DNA of 64,000 nucleotides from Eledone cirrhosa (lineage: Eukaryota), in assembly GCA_964016885.1 (NCBI GenBank), contig OZ024744.1, positions 27,900,001-27,964,000 on the forward strand. Direction: 5' to 3'. Of this stretch, positions 1 to 12,500 are shown piece after piece. Numbering within the stretch: position 1 is the first letter of the stretch; the number at the start of each line of letters is the position of its first letter. Below the pieces are notes generated by a model. That model searched no databases, had not been told where the DNA came from, and was given only the letters and a program-made list of their open reading frames with translations. A program made the position numbers and the translations under genes.

Positions 1-575
1 GTTATTGTCACTGTTTTTGTTGTTGTCGCTATTATCACTGTTATTGTCACTGTTGTTTTTGTTGTTGTCGCTGTCATCACTGTTATTTTCATTGTTTTTG
101 TTGTTGTTCTCGCATTTATCACTGTTATTGTCAGTGTTGTTGTTCTTGTTCTCGCTGTTATCACTGTCGTCGTCACTGTTGTTGTTCTTGTCGCTGTTAT
201 AACTGTTATTGTGACTGTTGTTGCTGTTGTTGTCGCTGTTATAACTGTTATTGTCATTGTTGTTGTTGTCGCTGTTATCACTCTTATTGACACTGTTGTT
301 GCTGTTGTTCTCGCTGTTATCACTGTTATTGTCACTGTTGTTGTTGTTCTCGCTGTTACCACTGCTATTGTCAATGTTGTTGTTGTTGTCGCTGTTATAA
401 CTGTTATTGTCACTGTTGTTGTTGTTGTCGCTGTTATAACTCTTATTGTCACTGTTGTTGTTGTTCTCGCTGTTATCACTGTTATTGTCATTGTTGTTGT
501 TGTCGCTGTTATCACTGTTATTGTCATTGTTGTTGTTGTCGCTGTTATTACTGTTATTGTCACTGTTGTTGTTGT

Positions 576-3500
576 TCACGCTGTTATCACTGTTATTGTC
601 ACTGTTGTTGTTCTTCTCGCTGTTATCACTGTTATTGTCACTGTTGTTGTCGCTGTTATCACTGTTATTGTCACTGTTGTTATTGTTGTTGTTGCTGTTA
701 TCACTGTTATTGTCACTGTTGTAGTTGTTGTCGCTGTTATAACTGTTATTGTCACTGTTGTTGTTGTTCTCGCTGTTATCACTGTTATTGTCATTGTTGT
801 TGTTGTCGCTGTTATCACTGTTATTGTCACTGTTGCTGTTGTTGTCGCTGTTATCACTGCTATTGTCATTGTTGTTGTTGTTGTCGCTGTTATCACTGTG
901 ATTGTCATTGTTGTTGTTGTTGTTGTTCTCGCTGTTATCACCGTTATTGTCATTGTTGTTGTAGTGGCTGTTATCACTGTTATTGTCACTGTTGTTGTCG
1001 CTGTTATCACTGTTATTTTCATTGTTGTTGTTGTTGTTCTCTCTGTTATCACTGTTATTGTCACTGTTATTGTCACTGTTGTTGTTGTTCTCCCTGTTAT
1101 AACTGTTATTGTGACTGTTGTTGTTGTCGCTGTTATAACTGTTATTGTCATTGTTGTTGTTGTTGTCGCTGTTATCACTGTTATTAACACTGTTGTTGTT
1201 GTTGTTCTCGCTGTTATCACTGTTATTGTCACTGTTGTTGTTGTTGTCGCTGTTATAACTGTTATTGTCACTGTTGTTGTTGTCGTTGTTATCACTGTTA
1301 TTGTCATTAATGTTGTTCGCGCTGTTATCACTGGTATTGACACTGTTGTTGTTGTTGTCAATGTTATAACTGTTATTGTCTCTGTTGATGTTGTTGTTGT
1401 CGCTGTTATAACTGTTATTGTCACTGTTGTTGTTGTCGCTATTATAACTCTTATTGTCACTGTTGTTGTTGTTGTCGTTGTTATCACTGTTATTGTCATT
1501 ATTGTTGTTGTCGCTGTTATTACTGTTATTGTCATTGTTGTTGTTGTTGTCGCTGTTATCACTGTTATTGTCGCTGTTGTTGTTGTCGCTGTTATAACTG
1601 TTATTGTCACTATTGCTTTTGTTGTCGCTCTTATCACTCTTATTGTCATTGTTGTTGTTGTTCTCGCTGCTATCCCTGTTATTGTCATTGTTGTTGTTGT
1701 TGTACTCGCTGTTATCACTGTTATTGTCATTGTTGTTGTTGTTGTCGCTGTTATCACTGTTATTGTCACTGTTTTTGTTGTTGTCGCTATTATCACTGTT
1801 ATTTTCATTGTTTTTGTTGTTGTTCTCGCATTTATCACTGTTATTGTCAGTGTTGTTGTTGTTGTTCTCGCTGTTATCACTGTTGTCGTCACTGTTGTTG
1901 TTGTTCTCGCTGTTATCACTGTTATTGTCACTGTTGTTGTTCTTCTCGCTGTTATCACTGTTATTGTCATTGTTGTTGTTGTTGTGTTCGCTGTTATAAC
2001 TGTTATTGTCATTGTTGTTGTTGTTGTTGTCGCTGTTATCACTGTTATTGTCACTGTTGTTGTTGTCGCTGGTATAACTGTTATTGTCACTGTTGTTTTT
2101 GTTGTTGTCGCTGTTATCACTGTTATTGTCACTGTTGTTGTTCTCGCTGTTATAACTGTTATTCTCACTGTTGTTTTTCTGGCTGTTATCACTGGTATTG
2201 ACACTGTTGTTGTTTTTATTGTCGCTGTTAGAACTGTTATTGTCACTGTTGTTATTGTTGTTGTCGCTGTTATAACTGTTATTGTCACTGTTGTTGTTGT
2301 TCTCGCTGTTATCACTGTTATTGTCATTGTTGTTGTTGTCGCTGTTATCACTGTTATTGTCATTGTTGTTGTTGTCGCTGTTATCACTGTTATTGTCACT
2401 GTTGTTGTTGTTCTCGCTGTTATCACTGTTATTGTCACTGTTGTTCTTCTCGCTGTTATCACTGTTATTGTCATTGTTGTTGTTGTTGTTGTTGTCGCTG
2501 TTATCACTGTTATTGTCACTGTTGTTGTTGTCGCTGCTATAACTGTTATTGTCACTGTTGTTTTTGTTGTTGTCGCTGTTATCACTGTTATTGTCACTGT
2601 TGTTGTTGTCGCTGTTATAACTGTTATTGTCACTGTTGTTGTTGTTGTCACTGTTATCACTGTTATTGTCATTGTTGTTGTTGTCGCTGTTATCACTGTT
2701 ATTGTCACTGTTGCTGTTGTTGTCGCTGTTATCTCTGTTATTGTCATTGTTGTTGTCGCTGTTATAACTGTTATTGTCATTGTTGTTGTTGTTGTTGTTG
2801 CTGTTATAACTGTTACTGTCACTGTTGTTGTTGTTGTCGCTGTTATCACTGTTATTTTCATTGTTGTTGTCGCTGTTATCACTGTTATTGTCACTCTTGT
2901 TGTTGTTGTTGTCGCTGTTATCACTGTTATTGTCACTGTTGTTGTTGTCACTGTTATAAATGTTATTATCACTGTTGTCGTTGTTGTCGCTGTTATCACT
3001 GTTATTGTCACTGTTGTTGTTGTTGTCGCTGTCATAACTGTTCTTTTCACTGTTGTTGTTGTTGTTCTCGCTGTTATCACTGTTATTGTCACTGTTGTTA
3101 TTGTTGTTGTTGCTGTTATCACTGTTATTGTCACTGTTGTAGTTGTTGTCGCTGTTATAACTGTTATTGTCACTGTTGTTGTTGTTGTTCTCTCTGTTAT
3201 CACTGTTATTGTCACTGTTATTTTCACTGTTGTTATTGTTCTCGCTGTTATAACTGTTATTGTGACTGTTGTTGTTGTCTCTGTTATAACTGATATTGTC
3301 ATTGTTGTTGTTGTTGTCGCTGTTATCACTGTTATTAACATTGTTCTTGTTGTTGTTCTCGCTGTTATAACTGTTATTGTCACTGTTGTTGTTGCTGTTG
3401 TCGCTGTCATAACTCTTATTGTCACTGTTGTTGTTGTTGTTGTTGTCGTTGTTATCACTGTTATTGTCATTATCGTTGTTCTCGCTGTTATCACTGGTAT

Positions 3501-6500
3501 TGACACTGTTGTTGTTGTTGTTGTCGCTGTTATAACTGTTATTGTCTCTGTTGATGTTGTTGTTGTCGCTGTTGTAACTGTTATTGTCACTGTTGTTGTT
3601 GTCGCTGTTATAACTCTTATTGTCACTATTGTTGTTGTTGTCGTCGTTGTTATCACTGTTATTGTCATTATTGTTGTTGTCGCTGTTATCACTGTTATTG
3701 TCATTGTTGTTGTTGTTGTCGCTGTTATCACTGTTATTGTCCCTGTTGTTGTTGTCGCTGTTATAACTGTTATTGTCACTATTGCTTTTGTTGTTGTCGC
3801 TCTTATCACTCTTATTGTCATTGTTGTTGTTGTTCTCGCTGCTATCCCTGTTATTGTCATTGTTGTTGTTGTACTCGCTGTTATCACTGTTATTGTCATT
3901 GTTGTTGTTGTTGTTGTTGTTGTCGCTGTTATCACTGTTATTGTCATTGCCGTTGTCGCTGTTATCACTGTTATTGTCACTGTTGTTATTGTTGTTGTTG
4001 CTGTTATCACTGTTATTGTCACTGTTGTAGTTGTTGTCGCTGTTATAACTGTTATTGTCACTGTTGTTGTTGTTGCTGTCGCTGTTATTACTGTTATTGT
4101 CATTGTTGTTGTTGTTGTGGCTGTTATCACTGTTATTGTCACTGTTGTTGTCGCTGTTATCACTGTTATTTTCATTGTTGTTGTTGTTGTTCTCTCTGTT
4201 ATCACTGTTATTGTCACTGTTATTGTCACTGTTGTTGTTGTTCTCGCTGTTATAACTGTTATTGTGTCTGTTGTTGTTGTCGCTGTTATAACTGTTATTG
4301 TCATTGTTGTTGTTGTTGTCGCTGTTATCACTGTTAGTAACATTGTTGTTGTTGTTCTCGCTGTTATCACTGTTATTGTCACTGTTGTTGTTGTTGTCGC
4401 TGTTATAACTGTTATTGTCACTGTTGTTGTTATCGCTGTTATCACTGTTATTGTCACTGTTGCTGTTGTTGTCGCTGTTATCACTGCTATTGTCATTGTT
4501 GTTGATGTTGTTGTTCTCGCTGTTATCACCGTTATTGTCAATGTTGTTGTAGTGGCTGTTATCACTGTTATTGTCACTGTTGTTGTCGCTGTTAACACTG
4601 TTATTTTCATTGTTGTTGTTGTTGTTCTCTCTGTTATCACTGTTATTGTCACTGTTATTGTCACTGTTGTTGTTGTTCTCGCTGTTATAACTGTTATTGT
4701 GACTGTTGTTGTTGTCGCTGTTATAACTGTTATTGTCATTGTTGTTGTTGTTGTCGCTGTTATCACTGTTATTAACACTGTTGTTGTTGTTGTTCTCGCT
4801 GTTATCACTGTTATTGTCACTGTTGTTGTTGTCGCTGTTATAACTGTTATTGTCACTTTTGTTGTTGCTGTTGTCGCTGTCATAACTCTTATTGTCACTG
4901 TTGTTGTTGCCGTTGTTATCACTGTTATTGTCATTAATGTTGTTCTCGCTGTTATCACTGGTATTGACACTGTTGTTGTTGTTGTTGTCGCTATTATAAC
5001 TGTTATTGTCACTGTTGTTGTTGTCGTCGTTGTTATCACTGTTATTGTCATTATTGTTGTTGTCGCTGTTATTACTGTTATTGTCATTGTTGTTGTTGTT
5101 GTCGATGTTATCACTGTTATTGTCGCTGTTGTTGTTGTCGCTGTTATAACTGTTATTGTCACTATTGCTTTTGTTGTCGCTCTTATCACTCTTATTGTCA
5201 TTGTTGTTGTTGTTCTCGCTGCTATCCCTGTTATTGTCATTGTTGTTGTTGTTGAACTCGCTGTTATCACTGTTATTGTCATTGTTGTTGTTATTGTCGC
5301 TGTTATCACTGTTATTGTCACTGTTTTTGTTGTTGTCGCTATTATCACTGTTATTTTCATTGTTTTTGTTGTTGTTCTCGCATTTATCACTGTTATTGTC
5401 AGTGTTGTTGTTGTTGTTCTCGCTGTTATCACTGTTGTCGTCACTGTTGTTGTTGTTCTCGCTGTTATCACTGTTATTGTCACTGTTGTTGTTCTTCTCG
5501 CTGTTATCACTGTTATTGTCATTGTTGTTGTTGTTGTGTTCGCTGTTATAACTGTCATTGTCATTGTTGTTGTTGTTGTTGTCGCTGTTATCACTGTTAT
5601 TGTCACTGTTGTTGTTGTCGCTGGTATAACTGTTATTGTCACTGTTGTTTTTGTTGTTGTCGCTGTTATCACTGTTATTGTCACTGTTGTTGTTCTTGCT
5701 GTTATAACTGTTATTCTCACTGTTGTTTTTCTGGCTGTTATCACTGGTATTGACACTGTTGTTGTTTTTATTGTCGCTGTTAGAACTGTTATTGTCACTG
5801 TTGTTATTGTTGTTGTCGCTGTTATAACTGTTATTGTCATTGTTGTTGCTGTTGTGTTCGCTGTTATCACTGTTATTGTCATTGTGTTGTTGTTGTTGTT
5901 GTCGCTGTTATCACTGTTATTGTCACTGTTGTTGTTGTCGCTGGTATAACTGTTATTGTCACTGTTGTTGTTGTTGACACTGTTATCACTGGTATTGTCA
6001 CTGTTGTTGTTGTTCTCGCTGTTATCACTGTTATTGTCATTGTTGTTGTTGTCGCTGTTATCACTGTTATTGTCACTGTTGCTGTTGTTGTCGCTGTTAT
6101 CTCTGTTATTGTCATTGTTGTTGTCGCTGTTATAACTGTTATTGTCATTGTTGTTGTTGTTGTTGTTGTTGTTATAACTGTTACTGTCACTGTTGTTGTT
6201 GTTGTCGCTGTTATCACTGTTATTTTCATTGTTGTTGTCGCTGTTATCACTGTTATTGTCACTGTTGTTGTTGTTGTTGTCGCTGTTATCACTGTTATTG
6301 TCACTGTTGTTGTTGTTGTCACTGTTATAAATGTTATTGTCACTGTTGTCGGTGTTGTCGCTGTTATCACTGTTATTGTCACTGTTGTTGTTGTTGTCGC
6401 TGTCATAACTGTTCTTTTCACTGTTGTTGTTGTTGTTCTCGCTGTTATCACTGTTATTGTCACTGTTGTTGTCGCTGTTATCACTGTTATTGTCACTGTT

Positions 6501-9500
6501 GTTATTGTTGTTGTTGCTGTTAACACTGTTATTGTCACTGTTGTAGTTGTTGTCGCTGTTATAACTGTTATTATCACTGTTGTTGTTGTTGTTCTCTCTG
6601 TTATCACTCTTATTGTCACTGTTATTTTCACTGTTGTTGTTGTTCTCGCTGTTATAACTGTTATTGTGACTGTTGTTGTTGTCTCTGTTATAACTGATAT
6701 TGTCATTGTTGTTGTTGTCGCTGTTATCACTGTTATTAACACTGTTGTTGTTGTTGTTCTCGCTGTTATCACTGTTATTGTCACTGTTGTTGTTGTCGCT
6801 GTTATAACTGTTATTGTCACTGTTGTTGTTGCTGTTGTCGCTGTCATAACTCTTATTGTCACTGTTGTTGTTGTTGTCGTTGTTATCACTGTTATTGTCA
6901 TTATTGTTGTTCTCGCTGTCATCACTGGTATTGACACTATTGTTGTTGTTGTCGCTGTTATAACTGTTATTGTCTCTGTTGATGTTGTTGTTGTCGCTGT
7001 TATAACTGTTATTGTCACTGTTGTTGTTGTCGCTGTTATAACACTTATTGTCACTGTTGTTGTTGTTGTCGTCGTTGTTATCACTGTTATTGTCATTATT
7101 GTTGTTGTCGCTGTTATCACTGTTATTGTCATTGTTGTTGTTGTTGTCGCTGTTATCACTGTTATTGTCCCTGTTGTTGTTGTCGCTGTTATAACTGTTA
7201 TTGTCACTATTGCTTTTGTTGTTGTCGCTCTTATCACTCTTATTGTCATTGTTGTTGTTGTTCTCGCTGCTATCCCTGTTATTGTCATTGTTGTTGTTGT
7301 ACTCGCTGTTATCACTGTTATTGTCATTGTTGTTGTTGTTGTCGCTGTTATCACTGTTATTGTCACTGTTTTTGTTGTTGTCGCTATTATCACTGTTATT
7401 GTCACTATTGTTTTTGTTGTTGTCGCTGTTATCACTGTTATTTTCATTGTTTTTGTTGTTGTTCTCGCATTTATCACTGTTATTGTCAGTGTTGTTGTTC
7501 TTGTTCTCGCTGTTATCACTGTCGTCGTCACTGTTGTTGTTGTTGTCGCTGTTATAACTGTTATTGTGACTGTTGTTGTTGTTGTTGTCTCTGTTATAAC
7601 TGTTATTGTCATTGTTGTTGTTGTCGCTGTTATCACTGTTATTGACACTGTTGTTGCTGTTGTTCTCGCTGTTATCACTGTTATTGTCACTGTTGTTGTT
7701 GTTCTCGCTGTTACCACTGTTATTGTCTATGTTGTTGTTGTTGTCGCTGTTATAACTGTTATTGTCACTGTTGTTGTTGTTGTCGCTGTTATAACTCTTA
7801 TTGTCACTGTTGTTGTTGTTGTCGTTGTTATCACTGTTATTGTCATTATTGTTATTGTCGCTGTTATCACTGTTATTGTCATTGTTGTTGTTGTTGTTGT
7901 TGTTGTCGCTGTTATCACTGTTATTGTCACTGTTGTTGTTGTTGTCGCTTCTATAACTGTTATTGTCACTATTGCTGTTGTTGTCGCTGTTATCACTCTT
8001 ATCGTCATTGTTGTTGTTGTCGCTGTTATCACTGTTATTGTCACTGTTGTTGTTCTCGCTGTTATAACTGTTATTCTCACTGTTGTTGTTCTCGCTGTTA
8101 TCAATGGTATTGACATTGTTGTTGTTTTTATTGTCGCTGTTATAACTGTTATTGTCACTGTTGTTGTTGTTCTCGCTGTTATCACTGTTATTGTCATTGT
8201 TGTTGTTGTCGCTGTTATCACTGTTATTGTCATTGTTGTTGTTGTCGCTGTTATCACTGTTATTGTCACTGTTGTTGTTGTTCTCGCTGTTATCACTGTT
8301 ATTGTCACTGTTGTTGTTCTTCTCGCTGTTATCACTGTTTTTGTCATTGTTGTTGTTGTTGTGTTCGCTGTTATAACTGTTATTGTCATTGTTGTTGTTG
8401 TTGTTGTTGCCGCTGTTATCACTGTTATTGTCACTGTTGTTGTTGTCGCTGGTATAACTGTTATTGTCACTGTTGTTTTTGTTGTTGTCGCTCTTATCAC
8501 TGTTATTGTCACTGTTGTTGTTGTCGCTGTTATTACTGTTATTGCCACTGTTGTTGTTGTCATTGTTATCACTCTTATTGTCATTGTTGTTGTTGTTCTC
8601 GCTGTTATCACTGTTATTGTCACTGTTGCTGTTGTTGTCGCTGTTATCTCTGTTATTGTCATTGTTGTTGTCGCTGTTATAACTGTTATTGTCATTGTTG
8701 TTGTTGTTGTTGCTGTTATAACTGTTACTGTCATTGTTGTTGTTGTCGCTGTTATCACTGTTATTTTCATTGTTGTTGTTGTCGCTGTTATCACTGTTAT
8801 TGTCACTGTTGTTGTTGTTGTTGTCGCTGTTATCACTGTTATTGTCACTGTTGCTGTTGTTGTCGCTGTTATCACTGCTATTGTCATTGTTGTTGTTGTC
8901 GCTGTTATCACTGTGATTGTCATTGTTGTTGTTGTTGTTGTTCTCGCTGTTATCACCGTTATTGTCACTGTTGTTGTCGCTGTTATCACTGTTATTGTCA
9001 CTGTTGTTATTGTTGTTGTTGCTGTTATCACTGTTATTGTCACTGTTGTAGTTGTTGTCGCTGTTATAACTGTTATTGTCACTGTTGTTGTTGTTGCTGT
9101 CGCTGTTATCACTGTTATTGTCATTGTTGCTGTTGTACTCGCTGTTATCACTGTTATTGTTGTTGTTGTAGTGGCTGTTATCACTGTTATTGTCACTGTT
9201 GTTGTCGCTGTTATCACTGTTATTTTCATTGTTGTTGTTGTTGTTCTCTCTGTTATCACTGTTATTGTCACTGTTATTGTCACTGTTGTTGTTGTTCTCG
9301 CTGTTATAACTGTTATTGTCATTGTTGTTGTTGTTGTCGCTGTTATCACTGTTATTAACACTGTTGTTGTTGTTGTTGTTGTTCTCGCTGTTATCACTGT
9401 TATTGTCACTGTTGTTGTTGTCGCTGTTATAACTGTTATTGTCACTGTTGTTGTTGCTGTTGTCGCTGTCATAACTCTTATTGTCACTGTTGTTGTTGTT

Positions 9501-12500
9501 GTCGTTGTTATCACTGTTATTGTCATTATTGTTGTTCTCGCTGTTATCACTGGTATTGACATTGTTGTTGTTGTTGTTGTCGCTGTTATAACTGTTATTG
9601 TCACTGTTGTTGTTGTCGCTGTTATAACTCTTATTGTCACTGTTGTTGTTGTTGTCGTCGTTGTTATCACTGTTATTGTCATTATTGTTGTTGTCGCTGT
9701 TATCACTGTTATTGTCATTGTTGTTGTTGTTGTCGCTGTTATCACTGTTATTGTCCCTGATGTTGTCGCTGTTATAACTGTTATTGTCACTATTGCTTTT
9801 GTTGTTGTCGCTCTTATCACTCTTATTGTCATTGTTGTTGTTGTTCTCGCTGCTATCCCTGTTATTGGCATTGTTGTTGTTGTTGTACTCGCTGTTATCA
9901 CTGTTATTGTCATTGTTGTTGTTGTTGTCGCTGTTATCACTGTTATTGTCACTGTTTTTGTTGTTGTCGCTATTATCACTGTTATTGTCACTGTTGTTTT
10001 TGTTGTTGTCGCTGTTATCACTGTTATTTTCATTGTTTTTGTTGTTGTTCTCGCATTTATCACTGTTATTGTCAGTGTTGTTGTTCTTGTTCTCGCTGTT
10101 ATCACTGTTATTGTCATTGTTGTTGTTGTTGTCGCTGTTATCACTGTTATTGTCATTGTTTTTGTTGTTGTCGCTGTTATCACTGTTATTGTCACTGTTG
10201 TTTTTGTTGTTGTCGCTGTTATCACTGTTATTTTCATTGTTTTTGTTGTTGTCGCTGTTATCACTGTTATTGTCACTGTTGTTTTTGTTGTTGTCGCTGT
10301 TATCACTGTTATTGTCATTGTTTTTGTTGTTGTCGCTGTTATCACTGTTATTGTCAGTGTTGTTGTTCTTGTTCTCGCTGTTATCACTGTCGTCGTCACT
10401 GTTGTTGTTGTTGTCGCTGTTATAACTGTTATTGTGACTGTTGTTGTTGTTGTCGCTGTTATAACTGTTATTGTCATTGTTGTTGTTGTCGCTGTTATCA
10501 CTGTTATTGACACTGTTGTTGCTGTTGTTCTCGCTGTTATCACTGTTATTGTCACTGTTGTTGTTGTTCTCGCTGTTACCACTGTTATTGTCAATGTTGT
10601 TGTTGTTGTCGCTGTTATAACTGTTATTGTCACTGTTGTTGTTGTTGTCGCTGTTATAACTCTTATTGTCACTGTTGTTGTTGTTGTCGTTGTTATCACT
10701 GTTATTGTCATTATTGTTATTGTCGCTGTTATCACTGTTATTGTCATTGTTGTTGTTGTTGTTGTTGTTGTCGCTGTTATCACTGTTATTGTCACTGTTG
10801 TTGTTGTTGTCGCTTCTATAACTGTTATTGTCACTATTGCTGTTGTTGTCGCTGTTATCACTCTTATTGTCATTGTTGTTGTTGTTGTTCTCGCTGTTAT
10901 CACTGTTATTGTCATTGTTGTTGTTGTCGCTGTTATCACTGTTATTGTCATTGTTGTTGTTGTCGCTGTTATCACTGTTATTGTCACTGTTGTTGTTGTT
11001 CTCGCTGTTATCACTGTTGTTGTCACTGTTGTTGTTCTTCTCGCTGTTATCACTGTTATTGTCATTGTTGTTGTTGTTGTGTTCGCTGTTATAACTGTTA
11101 TTGTCACTGTTGTTTTTGTTGTTGTCGCTGTTATCACTGTTATTGTCACTGTTGTTGTTGTCGCTGTTATAACTGTTATTGTCACTGTTGTTGTTGTCAC
11201 TGTTATCACTCTTATTGTCACTGTTGTTGTTGTTCTCGGTGTTATCACTGTTATTGTCATTGTTGTTGTTGTCGCTGTTATCACTGTTATTACTGTTATT
11301 GTCATTGTTGTTGTTGTTGTGGCTGTTATCACTGTTATTGTCACTGTTGTTGTCGCTGTTATCACTGTTATTTTCATTGTTGTTGTTGTTCTCTCTGTTA
11401 TCACTGTTATTGTCACTGTTATTGTCACTGTTGTTGTTGTTCTCGCTGTTATAACTGTTATTGTGTCTGTTGTTGTTGTCGCTGTTATAACTGTTATTGT
11501 CATTGTTGTTGTTGTTGTCGCTGTTATCACTGTTATTAACATTGTTGTTGTTGTTCCCGCTGCTATCCCTGTTATTGTCATTGTTGTTGTTGTTGTACTC
11601 GCTGTTATCACTGTTATTGTCATTGTTGTTGTTGTTGGCGCTGTTATCACTGTTATTGTCACTGTTTTTGTTGTTGTCACTATTATCACTGTTATTGTCA
11701 CTGTTGTTTTTGTTGTTGTCGCTGTTATCACTGTTTTTTTCATTGTTTTTGTTGTTGTTCTCGCATTTATCACTGTTATTGTCAGTGTTGTTGTTCTTGT
11801 TCTCGCTGTTATCACTGTCGTCGTCACTGTTGTTGTTGTTGTCGCTGTTATAACTGTTATTGTGACTGTTGTTGTTGTTGTTGTTGTCGCTGTTATAACT
11901 GTTATTGTCATTGTTGTTGTCGCTGTTATCACTGTTATTGACACTGTTGTTGCTGTTGTTCTCGCTGTTATCACTGTTATTGTCACTGTTGTTGTTGTTC
12001 TCGCTGTTACCACTGTTATTGTCAATGTTCCTGTTGTTGTCGCTGTTATAACTGTTATTGTCACTGTTGTTGTTGTTGTCGCTGTTATAATTCTTATTGT
12101 CACTGTTGTTGTTGTTGTTGTCGTTGTTATCACTGTTATTGTCATTGTTGTTATTGTCGCTGTTATCACTGTTATTGACATTGTTGTTGTTGTTGTTGTT
12201 GTCGCTGTTATCACTGTTATTGTCACTGTTGTTGTTGTTGTTGTCGCTTCTATAACTGTTATTGTCACTATTGCTGTTGTTGTTGTCGCTGTTATCACTC
12301 TTATTGTCATTGTTGTTGTTGTCGCTGTTATCACTGTTATTGTCACTGTTGTTGTTCTCGCTGTTATAACTGTTATTCTCACTGTTGTTGTTCTCGCTGT
12401 TATCAATGGTAATGACACTGTTGTTGTTTTTATTGTCGCTGTTAGAACTGTTATTGTCACTGTTGTTATTGTTGTTGTCGCTGTTATAACTGTTATTGTC

